Notes: generated by a model not told the origin, from the letters alone. A stretch of 63,778 bases of DNA, filler included, from Reticulomyxa filosa (GCA_000512085.1; 27 parts of 27 records of this genome joined end to end with filler, not necessarily neighbours in it); one strand, 5' to 3'. Shown: positions 12,492 to 26,460, numbered from the whole stretch's first letter. Program-made: numbers and translations.

Positions 12492-14824
12492 CTGTTAATG
12501 TCTGAACTATGAAGAAGTTTAAAAAAGGTTTGAGATGATCCCTTTGAATGATCTTAAAAAAAAAAAGGGATTTAATCTTGTTTTTAAAAATGAGCTGTAA
12601 ATCATTTTTAAAAGGATAAATTAAAATCTAAATTAAAATTAAGGTTGTGACGCAACAAACCCAAATAATTTCATCAATGTTTTTTTTTAAGATCTATTTG
12701 TTATAAAATAAAGAATTGGAGTAGACTTTCTTTGGTTCTTCAAACATAAAAAAAAATTCTATGTCACACTCCAGTTTTTTTGTAAATCCCTTTTTCAGAG
12801 GAATTGATTTCGAATACGTTATTATGTGCATGTACAATGCTAAACTGTCAATTTTTTTATTTTTTCGTCGTGTGAAAATCAACAAATCTGAGCTGTCTTA
12901 AAAGTTGATCAACTCAGAACAAGTTCAATAAAAACAACTGTCTAATAAATGAACAAAGTATAACTCAAACCTAAAAAGACCATATTTACTACTTCTTTTT
13001 GCTTTTGTTTCTCTATTAATACATTTATTCTTTCACTAAAAATCATTTGTAGTTTAAGCTTCAATGTTTGAGTTTGGCTTTGTCTCTTTTTGAAAAAATT
13101 TTTAAAACAAAATTCTCTTTTTTTCCTCCTTCCCCTGTCTCGATAGTCAATTCCTTTTTCTTTCGGCATAACGAAATAATTAGTCTTTTACCAATACTTT
13201 TACCGTTGTAATTTTGTTTAGCAAGAAAGAAAGAAAGAATCCAAAAAAGATTCAATAGCTTATGAAAAACAGTAGATAAACATTTTTTAGCGATGGAATA
13301 ACCAACAAATCTGCAAATCATTATTCACTTAATGAAATAAGATTTGAAGAAATGAATTTTAAAACAATTTCAAAATTATGATTATTTGTTGAANNNNNNN
13401 NNNNNNNNNNNNNNNNNNNNNNNNNNNNNNNNNNNNNTTAATTAATTAANNNNNNNNNNNNNNNNNNNNNNNNNNNNNNNNNNNNNNNNNNNNTTCATGG
13501 AGAAACACAATTATCTCTATAAGGTGGCATTTTAGGTTTAAACTTTCTTTTTTATCCTAATGTAGTAAATTACACATAAAAGCTTCTTTTAAACAAAAGT
13601 GTAAACGTTTGTTAAATAGATTATTTTTTCTTTGCAGTTTGATATAGATTTAATTAAAAAAATTGTTACAAAAAAAAAGTCATACTGTAAAAGTCAGATA
13701 AAAAAATTGAGTGTATAACTTTTCAAATAAATGCAAGAGATAATATTACAACATAGATGAAAGATAGTCTGTTGTTTGTTCTATGTATCTACAAAATTAT
13801 TTTTACTTTAGCTCTTTTCAATAAAGATATACAAGTCAAATACTAAAAAAGGTCCCTTTTTTTGGTTGTACTGTTTTTTTTGCAAACTACTGTAATAGAA
13901 ATTTATCGTTGATTGCCGATTCAAAAAAAACCGGATACTGTTTTAAAAATTAGTACTAAATGTTTGTTTTTCATTTAAAATTAATTACCTTCTAGTCGCA
14001 TAATAGTGTTCTTTTTTTTCAAACTATGTCAACCAGGTACTTAGTAAATTTTATGAAAATTTTCCTTTTAAGGACATAAAAAAAGTTCAGTTCATAGTTT
14101 AAAAAATCATCCTAAAAAAGAAACCAAGTTATAAAGCACAGCAAAACGAAAAGATTCAATAATCGTGTCAACAAATTAATTGAAATATGAACAACCGACC
14201 AAAAAAGTTTCACCAAAATTACACTAATAAACTTGCGAATGTTTATGTAGATTCGCTTTAGAAAATTTGTTTTAGATCGATCGTATTTTATTGAATACAA
14301 ACATGAAATTATGACGTAAGAGTTTCGAAAAGGAGCTTAGTTCCAGATTTTTAACTTTTTTATCTGTCATCATTTGTGTTAAATCCTTTTTTCAAGTTTA
14401 CTTTAAAATTTTTTTAACTGCTATGTTGCTGGAGAAGTTGCTTGCACAAGAATAGTTGAAAACTTTTATGATACTATATTATAACTTTTTTTTCCAACAA
14501 AAAAGTTGTTTTATTTGTTTGTCGATGTCTAAGCTATGATTTTTCGGCAACTGACACTTCTAGTAAGTCAGACTATACAATTTTTCATTTTGATTTATTA
14601 ATTTTGATTTTTTTGCTGAAATATTAATTCAAATCAACACTTATAAGATCTGTGATGTTGTCCCAAAATTCAAAAAACTGAAAGATGTTCAAAAGTGAGA
14701 AAGCATTCTTTCTTAAATTTAAAAAGAAATTGATTATAAATGAAAAATTATTTGTCATATTTTGTTACTTATTTTTGAGGATCAGTGGAATTATTCAAGC
14801 CAAAAAAAGGTAATATATAAAGCC

Positions 14825-15379
14825 CTAATTTTCTTTCACTTTGAGATTTGCTTCTGTTTTTGCAAATTGCTTTGATGAAGCATTGGCAGTTTGTGGTGCT
14901 AAAGCAAGTTGATATTCATACGCCAAAAACTTTAGCAGTGCTCCTAATAATGACACATTTCTCAAAATGCTGATTAACTGCTGTTCTTTATTTACCTCTG
15001 TCATACTTTTATTGGGATCAGCGAAGTCGCTCGCTCCTCTCATTTCTTCTTCTAATTGAGATTTTGTATTATCATTAGGGAGTTTGTCCACAACATACAC
15101 TAGCCATATATATGGAAGCACATGCATCACTATTGTTACTGGAACTAAAAAAATTACCAAACAAACATAGCCAAGCCAACGAAAAAAACCACTGATAATC
15201 AAAACTGACCCAATAATGACTAACCCAATCGCGGCCATCAACGCCAGCGGAGCAAATTCTTCCGGAAAACCAGACAACACCATCATGTCAACGGACGCGT
15301 CAAAGTTTTTCAGCAGAGTGATCCCAGAGAGGAAAAAAATAGAAATAAACAAGAAATTGAAGATTAGTCCTGTAAACAT
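14825..15379 (-). CDS. DoxX/SURF4-like 4-TM membrane protein with a C-terminal KxKxx motif
   Basis: FFLSGI..L.NF...V..M...G.P, FLVPVTIVMH and LRNVSLLGALL are DoxX-like. Ends KVKEN. Confidence 0.75.
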   Translation of the reverse strand: MFTGLIFNFLFISIFFLSGITLLKNFDASVDMMVLSGFPEEFAPLALMAAIGLVIIGSVLIISGFFRWLGYVCLVIFLVPVTIVMHVLPYIWLVYVVDKLPNDNTKSQLEEEMRGASDFADPNKSMTEVNKEQQLISILRNVSLLGALLKFLAYEYQLALAPQTANASSKQFAKTEANLKVKEN

Positions 15380-15989
15380 TCGATGCCCACTTTGTATTAA
15401 TTATATACCAGTTAATTGGAATATTAGTGAACATTTTTTTACGTGTTTCCCTCGTTCAGTTTACAGGTTTTGTGTCTCGACATAAATCCTGTTTTCAATA
15501 GCTCTGTAATGCTTGTGTCTTGTATTTTGTCGGAAATACAACACAAAAATTTATTATATGATAAAAAACAGAAATGAATACGGTTCAATTTTGTTTGCTT
15601 ATTTTAAGGGGATAAGTGAAACTATATTTTCGATAGATTTTGAGTAGAGCATCTCAAAATCTGGGATATATGAGTGAATAGTTTACAGAGAAATTAAATT
15701 TGGGTATTTTTTATTCAAATTAACAGAATAAGAAATTTTCAAAAGCGCAAAGAAACCCTTCCCAGTCGAACCAAAAGAAAGCATAAACGACGTTCTATGC
15801 ACACCATCTTGAAAAAAGAAAAAACTAGAAACAACAACAAATCATAAACTGAGCTTCCTTGCTTTTTTTTTATTGTTGTTGTGTTTCCATCAAAATACAA
15901 AAAAAAAAAAAGTACTCTTTAATTAATAGTTCCGCATCTATTTTCGTATTTATAAGCTGAAGAAAGGATTCAGAAGAATATTAACGATT

Positions 15990-17412
15990 CATGTGCTGAT
16001 ACATGACGGTAATGCAGCCTAAATTGAGGATCAGCACAGCCAAGTACAAATACAAGAAATCGACAAATTTCCATCCCCAAGAAAACTGCTGAAGGAGAAT
16101 TAGTATGATAATAGCCAAAACGGAAAGAGCCGCTCGTCCGATGTGTTCAAGGAACAAGCCTATACCAAGCACAAACATGCAAAAAAAAAAAAAAATTGTT
16201 TTCATTTTATTTGTTGTATTCACACAAATGCATACATATATGCATATATTCTGTTAACGGCCTCACCTTTCCGAAAGACAACGGTTCGAGGTAAAAACCT
16301 TAAGCCGATGCACGCCAACAGTAAATAGCTACTGCTGATAATTCCAACGACACCAAATCGGAGAGTCATCTGAAAGCGATTGAGCCCAAAAACTTCTTTT
16401 TTCACGCAAAAGTTATAGCACATGAACATTTCATACACGCCAAGGAGAGCAGCGCAAGCAAAAAAGATCATAAAGCTGAAAATGCCACTTTCCAAAGAAA
16501 CGACGATGAGCAAGTACGGAGTTACACGAACAAATAAGTCAGTGCATAAGAACATGTACAAAATGACGTACACATAAGGTTGGAATTGCGAGGGGATATA
16601 TCCGATGTTTTCACAGTTTCATCCGTGGCATCTTTGGTTTCCTCCCCAAGAGCATTTCCCACATGTCCATGTTGATCGCTTTGGCCGACCGCAATACTGT
16701 TTGGATTTTTGCTGTCCAAAGCAGTATTGTTCGGATCATTGCCACCATTCGCAGCATTGTTATTATTCCCATTGTTACCGTTGTTGTTGGCATTCGTTAC
16801 AGCGGTCTCTGCCGAAGTGGCTGTTTTATTTTTCTCATGTTCGCTATCTGCATTAGCGGAAGCGCCGGTAGCAGCGCCAGGAGTAGTTGAGACTGAAGCA
16901 GCAGCAGCGGCAGTAGCAGTAGTGGTAGTAGTAGTAGTAGTAGTAGTAATAGTCGCAGTCGTACCAGAAGCTGCAGGCATCTCGAGTAGCGATTGTTTAT
17001 AAGGCTCATTTCTGGAAGTGCTTGGCTTTCGTGAACCAGGACGGTTTTCGACAGCTCCCAGAGCATTGCTGTCGAGAGTGAATGCCTTGTGTGGATCTCC
17101 AGAGCCACCGGCCATAGGTGACTTGCCTGCGCTGATTTGCTTTATTGACGTCGGCTTTTTGCGAATCACGTTACGTTCGTCCAACGCCGCAAAGAAGTTA
17201 AACTCGTTTTCGTCCGAAGAGTCCTCATCTTGAAATTCGCTTTCGTTAAATGTTTCAAACTTTTTTTGCAGCTCTCTCACTCGCGTGCCTGTCACTTTTC
17301 GTTTTGTCTTACCTGTCGTCGCTGCGGGTTTCTTCTTTGCACCACTGCTCACGTCGTCACTGCCAGCACCGCCGCTACCACCATTATCATTGCCATTACC
17401 ATTACCATTACC
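15990..17412 (-). CDS. Multi-exon membrane protein with a long low-complexity N-terminus, function unknown
   Basis: Long ORF with poly-T/A/N tracts followed by hydrophobic exons (~16235-16520, ~16010-16150). Confidence 0.55.
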
Positions 17413-19121
17413 NNNNNNNNNNNNNNNNNNNNNNNNNNNNNNNNNNNNNNNNNNNNTTAATTAATTAANNNNNNNNNNNNNNNNNNNNNNNNNNNNNNNN
17501 NNNNNNNNNNNNGGAGTTGATTCGAGACTTGAAAGAGCAACAGTTGGGCAAGTGCAAGAGTGTTTTAATTTTGCATTGCTGACGAGGGTATGGAAAAAGA
17601 AAAGATTTTTTATTTATTTGAATTTTTTAAAAAAAAGTTGTGAACTAATTGACACAAGAAACAATCGCGAAACGACAAAGAAAGCAACTCAATCGAAGTA
17701 AAACTACATGACAAAATACTAAACTTGGGCATTGCTCGTTTTATTGCTCCAGAATTGTTGTTTGATTGGATTGGAGGTATAGTGGAATCCACTATTGTGT
17801 ACTTGACAGTATTGCCAAAGCCGACTTGTACAGTTTGACCGCTTGGGCTGGGGGGATTTCAACAAACGCGGATTACCAGAGCAGAGTACAATGACAAAAA
17901 AAAGATTCTTCTGATATTGAAAAAAATGGAACAATTTGAAAGGGATACATGTGGGCACAGTTTTTGGTTGTTATGGTTGAGATATTGCAAAATGTGCGTT
18001 TCTGTGTCACATACAAAAAAATAAAACTAATCTCTTACTTCCCCATATTTTGTTTTTAATGACGAAACTATTCGTTAATCGTTGATTCCAGCAAAGCAAA
18101 TGAAAAAAGAAAAATATTTTGTTGACTACACTTAAGAAAATTATGACTTCTTTTACAAGATAATTATCATTGAATTTTACCACCTAAAGAAAAATTGGAT
18201 AAAGATTCAAACTTTTGAAAAATTTCGAAGATAACAAAAAGGACAAAGTATTGAAAGGTTTTATTTCATTGAGTTTCAATAAGTTTCGGCCAACATTGGG
18301 TCCGTTGTTTAATCATTAATTCATTTTGTATCGCAATAACATTGTTTAATAACAACTGTAGATAACATTTTCTGAGCAGTTTTGAATAAAAAAGAGTGTG
18401 ATGCATGAAAATTTATATAGGGTAAGGGAGCAGGACAAGAATATGGTTTTTAACTACCTCGACTGGTAGAGATCAGATACTCTAACAAGCTATCACCCAA
18501 GCATTTACTGTAAATGCAAGGATCTTTTTTTTGACGATATACACGAAAGAAAAAAACTTTATCAATGAAATTGCTGTATTAACAATTAACAGATGATTGA
18601 ATGTTGCACGAAAATTTCGAAATGCATTTTGTAATTGCAAATATTTCAAACATATTTGAAACGATTAAAAAACAAGGTATTACCCAACGAAGTCAAAGAA
18701 ACTCTGGAAGACTGTATCGACATTAATGAATGCTAAACATAACCAACAAAACACCGATTTGGAAAGCACAAAGCATTACATGGAATGGTTCTCTAGAATG
18801 CCTTCGAACAAGTATTCAGAAGATAGCACAGATCTGACGCTTGCCTTTGATATATTAAATGCATATAACTATGTGATAATTGATTTTAAAGAAAAGGTTT
18901 TGGAAATTATTGCAACACAAATCCTACGCAACCACCAGGTTTCATGCAATAAGCATGGTGTAAGCCACACTATTAACTTATAGTTTACTTTATTTTTTAC
19001 ATTTACTAGACCTTATTCTTCTGATTTATTACTAATTCTTTAAAAATTTTAGTTACCATTCATCAAATTTTGATTTTAAAATTGTGATATTTGTGGAAAA
19101 CGTAGAGAAAAAAAAAAATAC

Positions 19122-19520
19122 CATTTAAGCAAATTCGACCGAGTTTATCCACGTTTGGGCTGTACAACACAATTTTATGTAAGTTGAAAGTATTGTTTCT
19201 TTTCAGCATGGGTAAGAAGTAAGATTGAAAAGTACTCAACTGATAAATTTTAGTGATAAACCTGCATTTGGAAGAGCTTTCATGTGATACTTTTGGTCCA
19301 AAATATTTTAAGTTCAAATAAGCCTTCCTCATAAGGAGAATCTTTTGGGCCTTGTATCTTGATGTGAAAGTATCTGTAGTTGTATTCGTCTCAATTCCAT
19401 GTGCTATAAAGAAAGAAAAAAAACTCAAAATCGCAAACACATTTTTATAGTTATATCACAAACAACTTACGTATGTCTTTTTCATCTTTCAATTTTCTTT
19501 TGTACACGTTTATGTAATTT
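19122..19520 (-). pseudogene. Degenerate UBC13/UBE2N-like E2 pseudogene
   Basis: Pieces YNYRYFHIKIQGPKDSPYEEGLFELK, KCRFITKIY and PNVDKLGRICL lie in different frames, with stops. Confidence 0.75.
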
Positions 19521-19916
19521 CTAATCCAATCAATTTAGTGGCCAAACCTCTTGTGCTTTCACAAGCCCAAATCTTTCGACAAAATGTGTAATAAGTGAAA
19601 CAATATACTCTGGTTACAACGTATTAGAGCAGAACAAAGTTTTGATAATCCTCTTCCCCCAAATGAACTTTAAAACGAGGCTGTTGGTGCAACTGAATTA
19701 CTTATTAAATTTGAAACATTTTTTTGTGTCTCTTTGCTGTCTTGTCAGAAAAAAAATAAATTCATTTAATTCATTTTAATCTAAAGCTTTACAAAACTGC
19801 CTTCATTATTAAACCTAATTGTTTTTTTTTTGAGTGGCAAGAGAGTCCAAAAAAAACTAGTTTTTGTGAAAGTACCTTTTTTTAGAAAGTTCGGAAGATC
19901 AAAACACGAAGGTGTG

Positions 19917-22227
19917 ATGGAATCAAATGATACTAAAACGAAAGAAAATTTAAACACATCTCTCTTTGAGACATTGGCTTGTTTACCTTCTCCTCTTTAT
20001 GGGGGTCAATGCGTAGTGCACAAACACGAAATCCTCATTTGTGGTGGTAATAGTAATAAGGATTGTTATTCTTATCATACAATCAAAGATCAATATAAAT
20101 ATATCTGCTCTTATCCAAAAGATGTTACATTATGGGGACACTGTATAGTGAAATATTTAAATGACAATAATAATAATAATAATAATAATAATACAAATAT
20201 TATCACACTATTGTCATTTGGTGGATCTAAGGACACAAAAAGACATGTATTAATGATGAAATATGTAAGTGTTTGGAATGACAATGAAAAAGATGATATT
20301 GGTTTCAACAAGTGGATTCCTTTGCTTAACAAGTCAAACAATCCAATTTACATTGGAAAAGAAGAAGATAATTTTGAAGGAGCGCGTACAATAATTGGTG
20401 GAAATAACAATAATTTATTGTTTATTACCTATCGTCCAAACTGTATTGGAGTATTTGATTTGAATACTTTTCAATGCATCAAACATGATAATTTACCAAT
20501 TGATAATTATATATGGTGTCATTGTTTTGTATCAAAAAAAGATAATGAGTTATCAACAGCAAGTGAAAATGAAATGTTATTATTTTGTGAACATGCGGGA
20601 TTATCAATCAATTACAATGAAAAAACAAATGCATTTCAATATCAAAAATTACAAGTTTGTACAACACTCAGACCGTTATTTGGTTATGCGTGTGTACGAG
20701 TTGATGATGCTATTTTATTTTTTGGTGGATATAATATAAATATTTCCTCAAAAGATGTGCACAAATATTTGATAAAAAAAGATAAATGGATTAAATTTGA
20801 AAATACATTGCCTATTCCATGTGGTTTTAGTTGTGGAATATTGAATGAGGACAATACTTATATATATATTCTGGGAGGATATATTGAAGGATTTATTCAA
20901 GAAAATAGATTATCTACACTTATAAAAACGAGTGTAGAAAAATGGACAAAAAAAGATAAAACAAAAGTAGAAAAACAATGGGTTGCAGAAGAAAGAGAAA
21001 AAAGAGATTTGGAGATTATTAAAGAAGATATTAAAGGATTGAATTGAAGATTTTACTTTAAACAAACTAAAAGTTTCTTTGCTGTTTTGTTTTGTTTGTT
21101 TTGTTTTTTTATTTTTACTCAAAGTTTTTAATATTTTTAATTTGTATAACAGAAAAAAAAGGATATTGAATTAATAAATGAACATTGGCTCCGTTCCTTT
21201 TCTGTCAGAATTGGATGGATTGATGAATTTAATATTATTATCTTACGCTATATAATAGTATTTTGCATCTTGTCTTGCTTTTTTTAAAAAAAAAAAGGTA
21301 TTAAATAAATTAATATATATGTATATATAATGTATATATATGTACATATATGTAATACAGACGAAATATTTTAAACCATTTAAAACTCTGATACCTTCGT
21401 TCCGTGTGCTCAATGTAAGAATTTCACCGGATGGAACTAATGTTATTTTATTTGCATGGAATAAACTTTCAATCTGGGATGTAAAAACAGGAATGGAAAT
21501 TGCTATATTGAAATTACAAGCAAATTCGTGTGATGATGTACAATTTTTACCTGATGGTAAAATTATGTCATTTGCTAGCGTATTTCAATTGTGGGATGCA
21601 AAGTCAGGGATAGAGCTTAAAAGAATAAAGTTAGATATAGGTTCTTTCTCAAATAGAGTTTCCATAGATGGAGACAGAATCATTTGTTGTGAATGGGATG
21701 ACACTGTCCGAATTATGGATATAAATTCTGGACAGGAAATAAAAAATATGTATATACCTTCCTGTACAAAATATATACGCTTTTCACCTGATGGTCAATA
21801 TATTGTAGCTCCACTTTATGATTCTACAATTGAAATATGGGATTGGATATTAGGTGAAAAAGTAAAAGTGTTAAAAGGTCATTTACGTTGTGTTCGTAAA
21901 GCAATATTTTCTCCTGATGGACAATTGATAGCCTCTTATTCAGAAGATCGAACAATTCGAGTATGGGATGTCATGTCAGAAACTCAAATTAAAAAATTTG
22001 AAGTATTGCATAGTGAAGTAAGTCGTCTATACTTTCTTTTTGATGGTAAAACCCTTGCATCTTTGTCTCAGGATGGAACAATACAAATATGGGACATAAG
22101 ACTTGGAGTAGAAATACAAAATTTCAAAAGAAGGGATAGCATAAATGGAATGGATATTGCACAAAATGCAAATATAATTGTAACACATTCTTACAGTCAA
22201 TCGGTTCAACTTTGGGAACCTTTATGA
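19917..22227 (+). CDS. Kelch-like propeller + linker + WD40 repeat fusion protein, with a 1-nt frameshift near 21045
   Basis: Exon 1 (GG/W Kelch-like repeats) to ~21072; exon 21153-21257 (HWLRSFSVRIGWIDEFNIIILRY); exon 21361-22227 with FSPDG...WD repeats. Confidence 0.85.
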
Positions 22228-22647
22228 AAGCAAATAATTATTGTGTGTTTGTACGTATCAAAACATCTTTTCTTTTTTTTTTTATTTAGATATTTTTCTA
22301 TCTGGAGATTATCATATATCTAAAAAATAAAACCATTCCTTCGTTAAATGTAGCCATATGTGCTGATTTGATACAAGGATAATTATTGTCATAGTCAAAC
22401 GCTATTTGTACCCTTTACTGAATGTTTGCAATTTTTTAAAATATTGACAATATTGAATTGTGTGACTCCCCGAAAACACTTGTGCGATTTCTGTTACTTT
22501 ATCATTATGGTTTATTTGTTGTCTGAGAGCGACTAAATCGGGAATTATTGTGAAAACTGGAACAAAAAAGTGCTAAAAGGATTGTGAAAGTTCTTGCAAC
22601 AATATCGAACGATAAAAAAAACAAAAAAATATATATACACCCACACA

Positions 22648-23457
22648 ATGTCACGATGTAATATCCCTTTCAAATTGTTTAAGGTGAGAATATAGATGTA
22701 TACTTCAAAAGGACGTTATTAGCCTTCTCTTGGAAGGGGGGGGGGAGAAAAACAAAACAAAAAAAACAGGCGCCTTTCTATTTTTTCCTCTCAAACAGAA
22801 CATGGACTCTCTGCGGATCAGAAACACAATAGCCAACGCTTATAATCCTCAGCGTACATCAGTACGTTGGCTTGCAACGAGCGACACGTCGAAGAGGGAT
22901 TACTACGGACTACTAGGCGTCAGCAAAGACGCTTCCGACCAGGATATAAAAAAAGCATTTTATAAAGTTTGTTTTGGTATTCTCTGTCGTTGTATCTGTG
23001 CAATTGTGTTTACCCCTTTTATCTTTGTTTGTGTTCCTTTCCCATTGTTAACTCACTTCCATTATGCCTAGAAATTTCCAGAAATTTCTATCTTTTTATT
23101 ATTATTAAAAAAAGTGTAAAGTGTTGAAAAGCATATAAAACAATATTTGGTTTTTTTTTTTCCAAAAAAAAAAAAAAGATGGCTAAACAATGGCATCCAG
23201 ATGCAAACAAGTCCCCCGAAGCCAAAGACAAGTTTTCCGAGATAAACGAAGCATATCAAGTGTTGTCGAATAAGGAAAAAAGAGCACAGTACGACCAGTT
23301 TGGGTTTGCATCGAATCAACAGTTTGGCGCCGCGGATTACAGAGACTTTGCTGATATGAATTTGAACGACATTTTTAGCAAACTGTTTTCCCAATTTGGC
23401 CGAGGCATGACAATGGAAGATGCCAAATCTGGTCCGGAAAGAGGTCAAGACCTGCAA
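22648..23457 (+). CDS. DnaJ/Hsp40 co-chaperone, probably mitochondrial, 3'-partial
   Basis: Basic presequence-like N-terminus, J-domain RDYYGLLGV...WHPD...[18 protein letters not shown] region and RGQDLQ. Three exons. Confidence 0.9.
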
Positions 23458-25011
23458 GTTATGGGTGTTTTTGAATTTTTCTTATTTCCAACAAAAGTGA
23501 GCCCCTCCCCCTTTTGCACCGCCTCCAACCCCTTTTNNNNNNNNNNNNNNNNNNNNNNNNNNNNNNNNNNNNNNNNNNNNTTAATTAATTAANNNNNNNN
23601 NNNNNNNNNNNNNNNNNNNNNNNNNNNNNNNNNNNNTGCAAAATTAATGAATATTGTATTCAAATATCAAAATAAATTGCAAAGTATTTTAAGTATTGCG
23701 TTTTCTTCAACACTAATTTTTTTTAATTGTTTTTTTTAATGTCTATTTGATATTGTTTTTTGTATAGTGTCGAACAATCAAAACAGGATAAAATAAAAAG
23801 GACAAGATATGAATGATCAATAATTCAAAAGAATGCAATCAGATAAAAGATCCTTTTTATCTCAGGAATAGTTCATTTTAAAATAGCTCTATCTAAAGTG
23901 AATATATTCTTCATAATATCATATTCTATATCCATTTACATCACTCTGGAAACAAAGATGTTGAAAAAATGTTATATTCAATCCTTACGTTTTTGATAAC
24001 ATGATATTTTCAATGAATGGAAAAAAAAAAATAAAGCAAAAAACTTTATTCACGTATTTTCATTCCAAACATAAATTGGATTGAACTATCATTATTTGAT
24101 TTATTTTCATTATTTCATTATCTGATTTTGATACTGGAATATACTATTAAATTATTCAAAAAATATTTTTTTTTTTTTTTTGCAAACTAATTGAAGCAAT
24201 TGTTTTGATCAAGATATTTCTTCATATAATTTTATCAATGTTTTCATTTCTGTTTTGCATTTTCTTGATTCTGGTTCATTTTGCATTACATCTTCAGTCT
24301 AATTCAATTATATGTTAAGTTTTCAAAATATATGTCCAAAGAGAAAATGTAATTTTATTTAAACTTTGATGGCATTGTTGTTTCTCCAAAGATCATTTAT
24401 CACGCATGCATATGAATTGAAAATAGTTTTTTTTTAGGAAAAAAAAAGAAATACGCAAATGCATAATTATGTATTTTCTCTTTTCTCCTTGTATCACCCC
24501 TTGAATTCTTTTTGTGTGCTTTGCACTTATATCAATATGATTTATTTTCCAATTTTTTCAAAAAACAGTGGTAAGTTTGGATTTATTTTTTTTTTTTTAC
24601 ATTAACTTAATTAAATATTTAAATATCCATCTCTATTACTGTTTACTGTTTTGCATTTGCAAATAAAGAAAATGAAGATTATTTAAAAAATAAAAATAAT
24701 AATACATTATCATTTATGATTGTAATTATTATAATTATTTGTTTATTTTATTTTTATTTAATAAATACAAGTATAATTATGGTTAATTATAATTCTTCAT
24801 GTCATTGTAAGAAATGATAAAAATGTATCAAATGCTAGAATTATCAATTGATATCAACACTTTTCAATTTAATTAACGACAATTCTATTATTATTATTCA
24901 ATGATATTATTNNNNNNNNNNNNNNNNNNNNNNNNNNNNNNNNNNNNNNNNNNNNTTAATTAATTAANNNNNNNNNNNNNNNNNNNNNNNNNNNNNNNNN
25001 NNNNNNNNNNN

Positions 25012-25121
25012 TGTGCTCCTTTATCCGTCGTGGCCCCTTTATCAGTCATGCACCCCTTTATCTGTCGCGGCCCCTTTATCAGTCATGTACCACTTTATCT
25101 GTCATGTGCCCCTTTATCCAT
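25012..25121. repeat. Minisatellite, 6 copies of an 18/19-bp unit (core CCCTTTATCWGTC)
   Basis: CTTTATC recurs at 25019, 25037, 25056, 25074, 25093 and 25112. Confidence 0.9.
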
Positions 25122-25129
25122 TGAACACC

Positions 25130-26460
25130 AAAATGATCATTTCCTCGCGTTTGCTAACTCCAATGAATGTTATCTCACTACATTTTTCCACGAATCATTT
25201 TCACTTTGTCGTCGACTTTGCAAGCTTGGACGAACTGGAAGCGGTGCTGGACTCCGTCGTACTGACCCAAATACAATCAGCAAAACCCACTCAAATCGTC
25301 CGATCCGTCTTGGCAATATGAACGGACAGAAATTCTTTAAATGGTCTGACACTCGTCCAACTAAGTGGAATGGCAATTTGATCTTTGGAATAGGCTTTTC
25401 CAAAGAAACAAATGGTTCCAATTGCATAGCCTCTGTCGAACATGGTCTCATATTAAAGGCATCCGGGTCAATCGTCCGTGTGCAGAATACAATGGTATTT
25501 TCCAGTAAATAATGTTACATTTTCTCCTTCATTACCAAGCGTTTTTTTTCTTTCTTTTTGTTACAGGTTCGTCTTCCATCGCTGTTTTTTTTGCAAGTAT
25601 TCGATCGTCTTTACCACTCGACCATTGAAGTTCGTCATGCTGCAAGCTTTCAATTTCGATGGTGCCCTTTTTTATTTGGATCAATGCATTTGAGATTGAA
25701 TTTCTTTGTGCAAAATACTCAAGTACATATGATACACTAAACAACATTGTTTCGCATATGCTTACATCCAACGAATAATAGTCTTGGCCACAAAAACAAA
25801 TTAATTATAAATAATAATGATTATCATATAAACATATAATATATATATATTTATTTGTTGTTTATTATTACAAACAGAAGTAACACAAAACTAAATGCCA
25901 ACAATTTCATTATTGCCAGTTGCTTTCTGTGGTTCCAATGAAACCAATTTTGGACGTAAACACTGAATTTTATCTCCAATTTGAAATGAAGCGAATCGTC
26001 TTGATATTATGCTTCGTCATCTGGCTAAGCGATTTCTTGTGTTGACTATTGCAGATCCCAAGTTTTAGACTATGTTGGATATTGAAGTGAAATAACAATG
26101 TCTAAACATAAAATCAAAATAAGGAACTCCATTGATACTACTGTCGATTGCATGGGACTCCATAGGTCCAACTTGACTACAGTCAACACATATTGAAAAG
26201 TCCAAGGGTCCAGTGAAACGAATAACACTTGCTGTTCGCACTTGCGACCACTAATTTCCGGAATCACATATAACGATTTTGTGATCTTTTTCTAACCTTG
26301 ACTCATCACAACGGAAATGCTTTTTGGTCGAACAAAGAATCAGCGACCTTGGCACTGCAACAATAGGTACTTTACTGCCGTAGCCGTGTTTATTGCAATA
26401 TCAATGTCGTTTCATTGTCGAGAACGACATAATATCTTTCTTTGAACACTGCGCTCATGC
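25130..26460 (-). pseudogene. Probable decayed gene of unknown family
   Basis: Coding-like composition blocks separated by AT-rich intron-like DNA, but every frame is interrupted by stops. Confidence 0.3.

Noticed and set aside
17610-18983. Cys-containing fragments that might be a RING/IBR pseudogene
   Set aside because: Too degenerate to support any assignment.
25012-25121. Direct repeats as a CRISPR array
   Set aside because: Contiguous tandem units with no unique spacers and no cas genes.
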